From an uncultured Gammaproteobacteria bacterium (lineage in GTDB: Bacteria > Patescibacteriota > Patescibacteriia > Magasanikbacterales > UBA922): 64,000 nucleotides of DNA. The position numbers were made by a program, and so were the translations under genes. Below, piece by piece: positions 63,900-64,000 of the stretch; position 1 is the first letter of the stretch, and each line of letters begins with the position of its first letter. The stretch covers positions 231,204 to 295,203 of the forward strand of contig OZ246405.1 in NCBI GenBank assembly GCA_965231005.1, written 5' to 3'. Below the pieces are notes generated by a model. That model saw only the letters and a list, made by a program, of their open reading frames with translations. It did no database searches and had not been told where the DNA came from.

Positions 63900-64000
63900 A
63901 TGCCTGAAGTAGGTAGCGCTGCCGCTGCAGCATCAGCTGCGAGAGGGGAAGCATTTAACGCCGATAGAGATCGGTTCCAACAAGGAACCAGCGTTGATCG
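63900..64000 (+). CDS. 5' end of a GC-rich ORF (MPEVGSAAAAASAARGEAFNADRDRFQQGTSVD...), runs off the window
   Basis: An ATG at 63900 opens a frame whose composition switches abruptly to GC-rich codons. Confidence 0.3.
   Translation, partial: MPEVGSAAAAASAARGEAFNADRDRFQQGTSVD

Overview
The window is a low-GC (about 35-40 % by eye) chromosomal segment with the gene content and small-protein style of a Candidate Phyla Radiation / Patescibacteria-like bacterium. It carries the replication-origin neighbourhood (dnaA-dnaN with DnaA-box clusters, rpmH-rnpA-yidD) and the housekeeping genes rpsF-ssb-rpsR, rpsT, holA, polA, PBP1A, trigger factor, ychF, galU, rmuC and cdd, plus two tRNAs. Three things stand out. 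(1) At 1-10224 there is a co-directional array of 14 paralogous TrbC/VirB2-like T4SS pilin genes. Several have cysteine-rich extracellular extensions, and a solute-binding lipoprotein gene is embedded in the array; an ABC exporter and galU lie immediately upstream. (2) About a dozen short high-GC islets are scattered through the window: an aldehyde dehydrogenase, a small Cys-rich peptide, two paralogous ATP-grasp-like ligases, a PepT-like M20 peptidase, a protein made of two DnaA C-terminal HTH domains, and small ORFan genes. Each islet has its own strong Shine-Dalgarno site and hairpin terminator and sits in an intergenic gap. (3) A mobile region holds two diverged IS1595-family transposases in inverted orientation bracketing small membrane ORFs, next to tRNA-Arg, with structured tandem repeats upstream. 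Other notable elements are a ~530-nt GC-rich structured non-coding element downstream of rpsR, 10-bp phased CCTTTA intergenic repeats, a HicAB toxin-antitoxin pair, a 1098-aa low-complexity charged secreted protein, and a promoter-terminator-flanked structured leader in front of a small membrane ORF. No CRISPR array was found.
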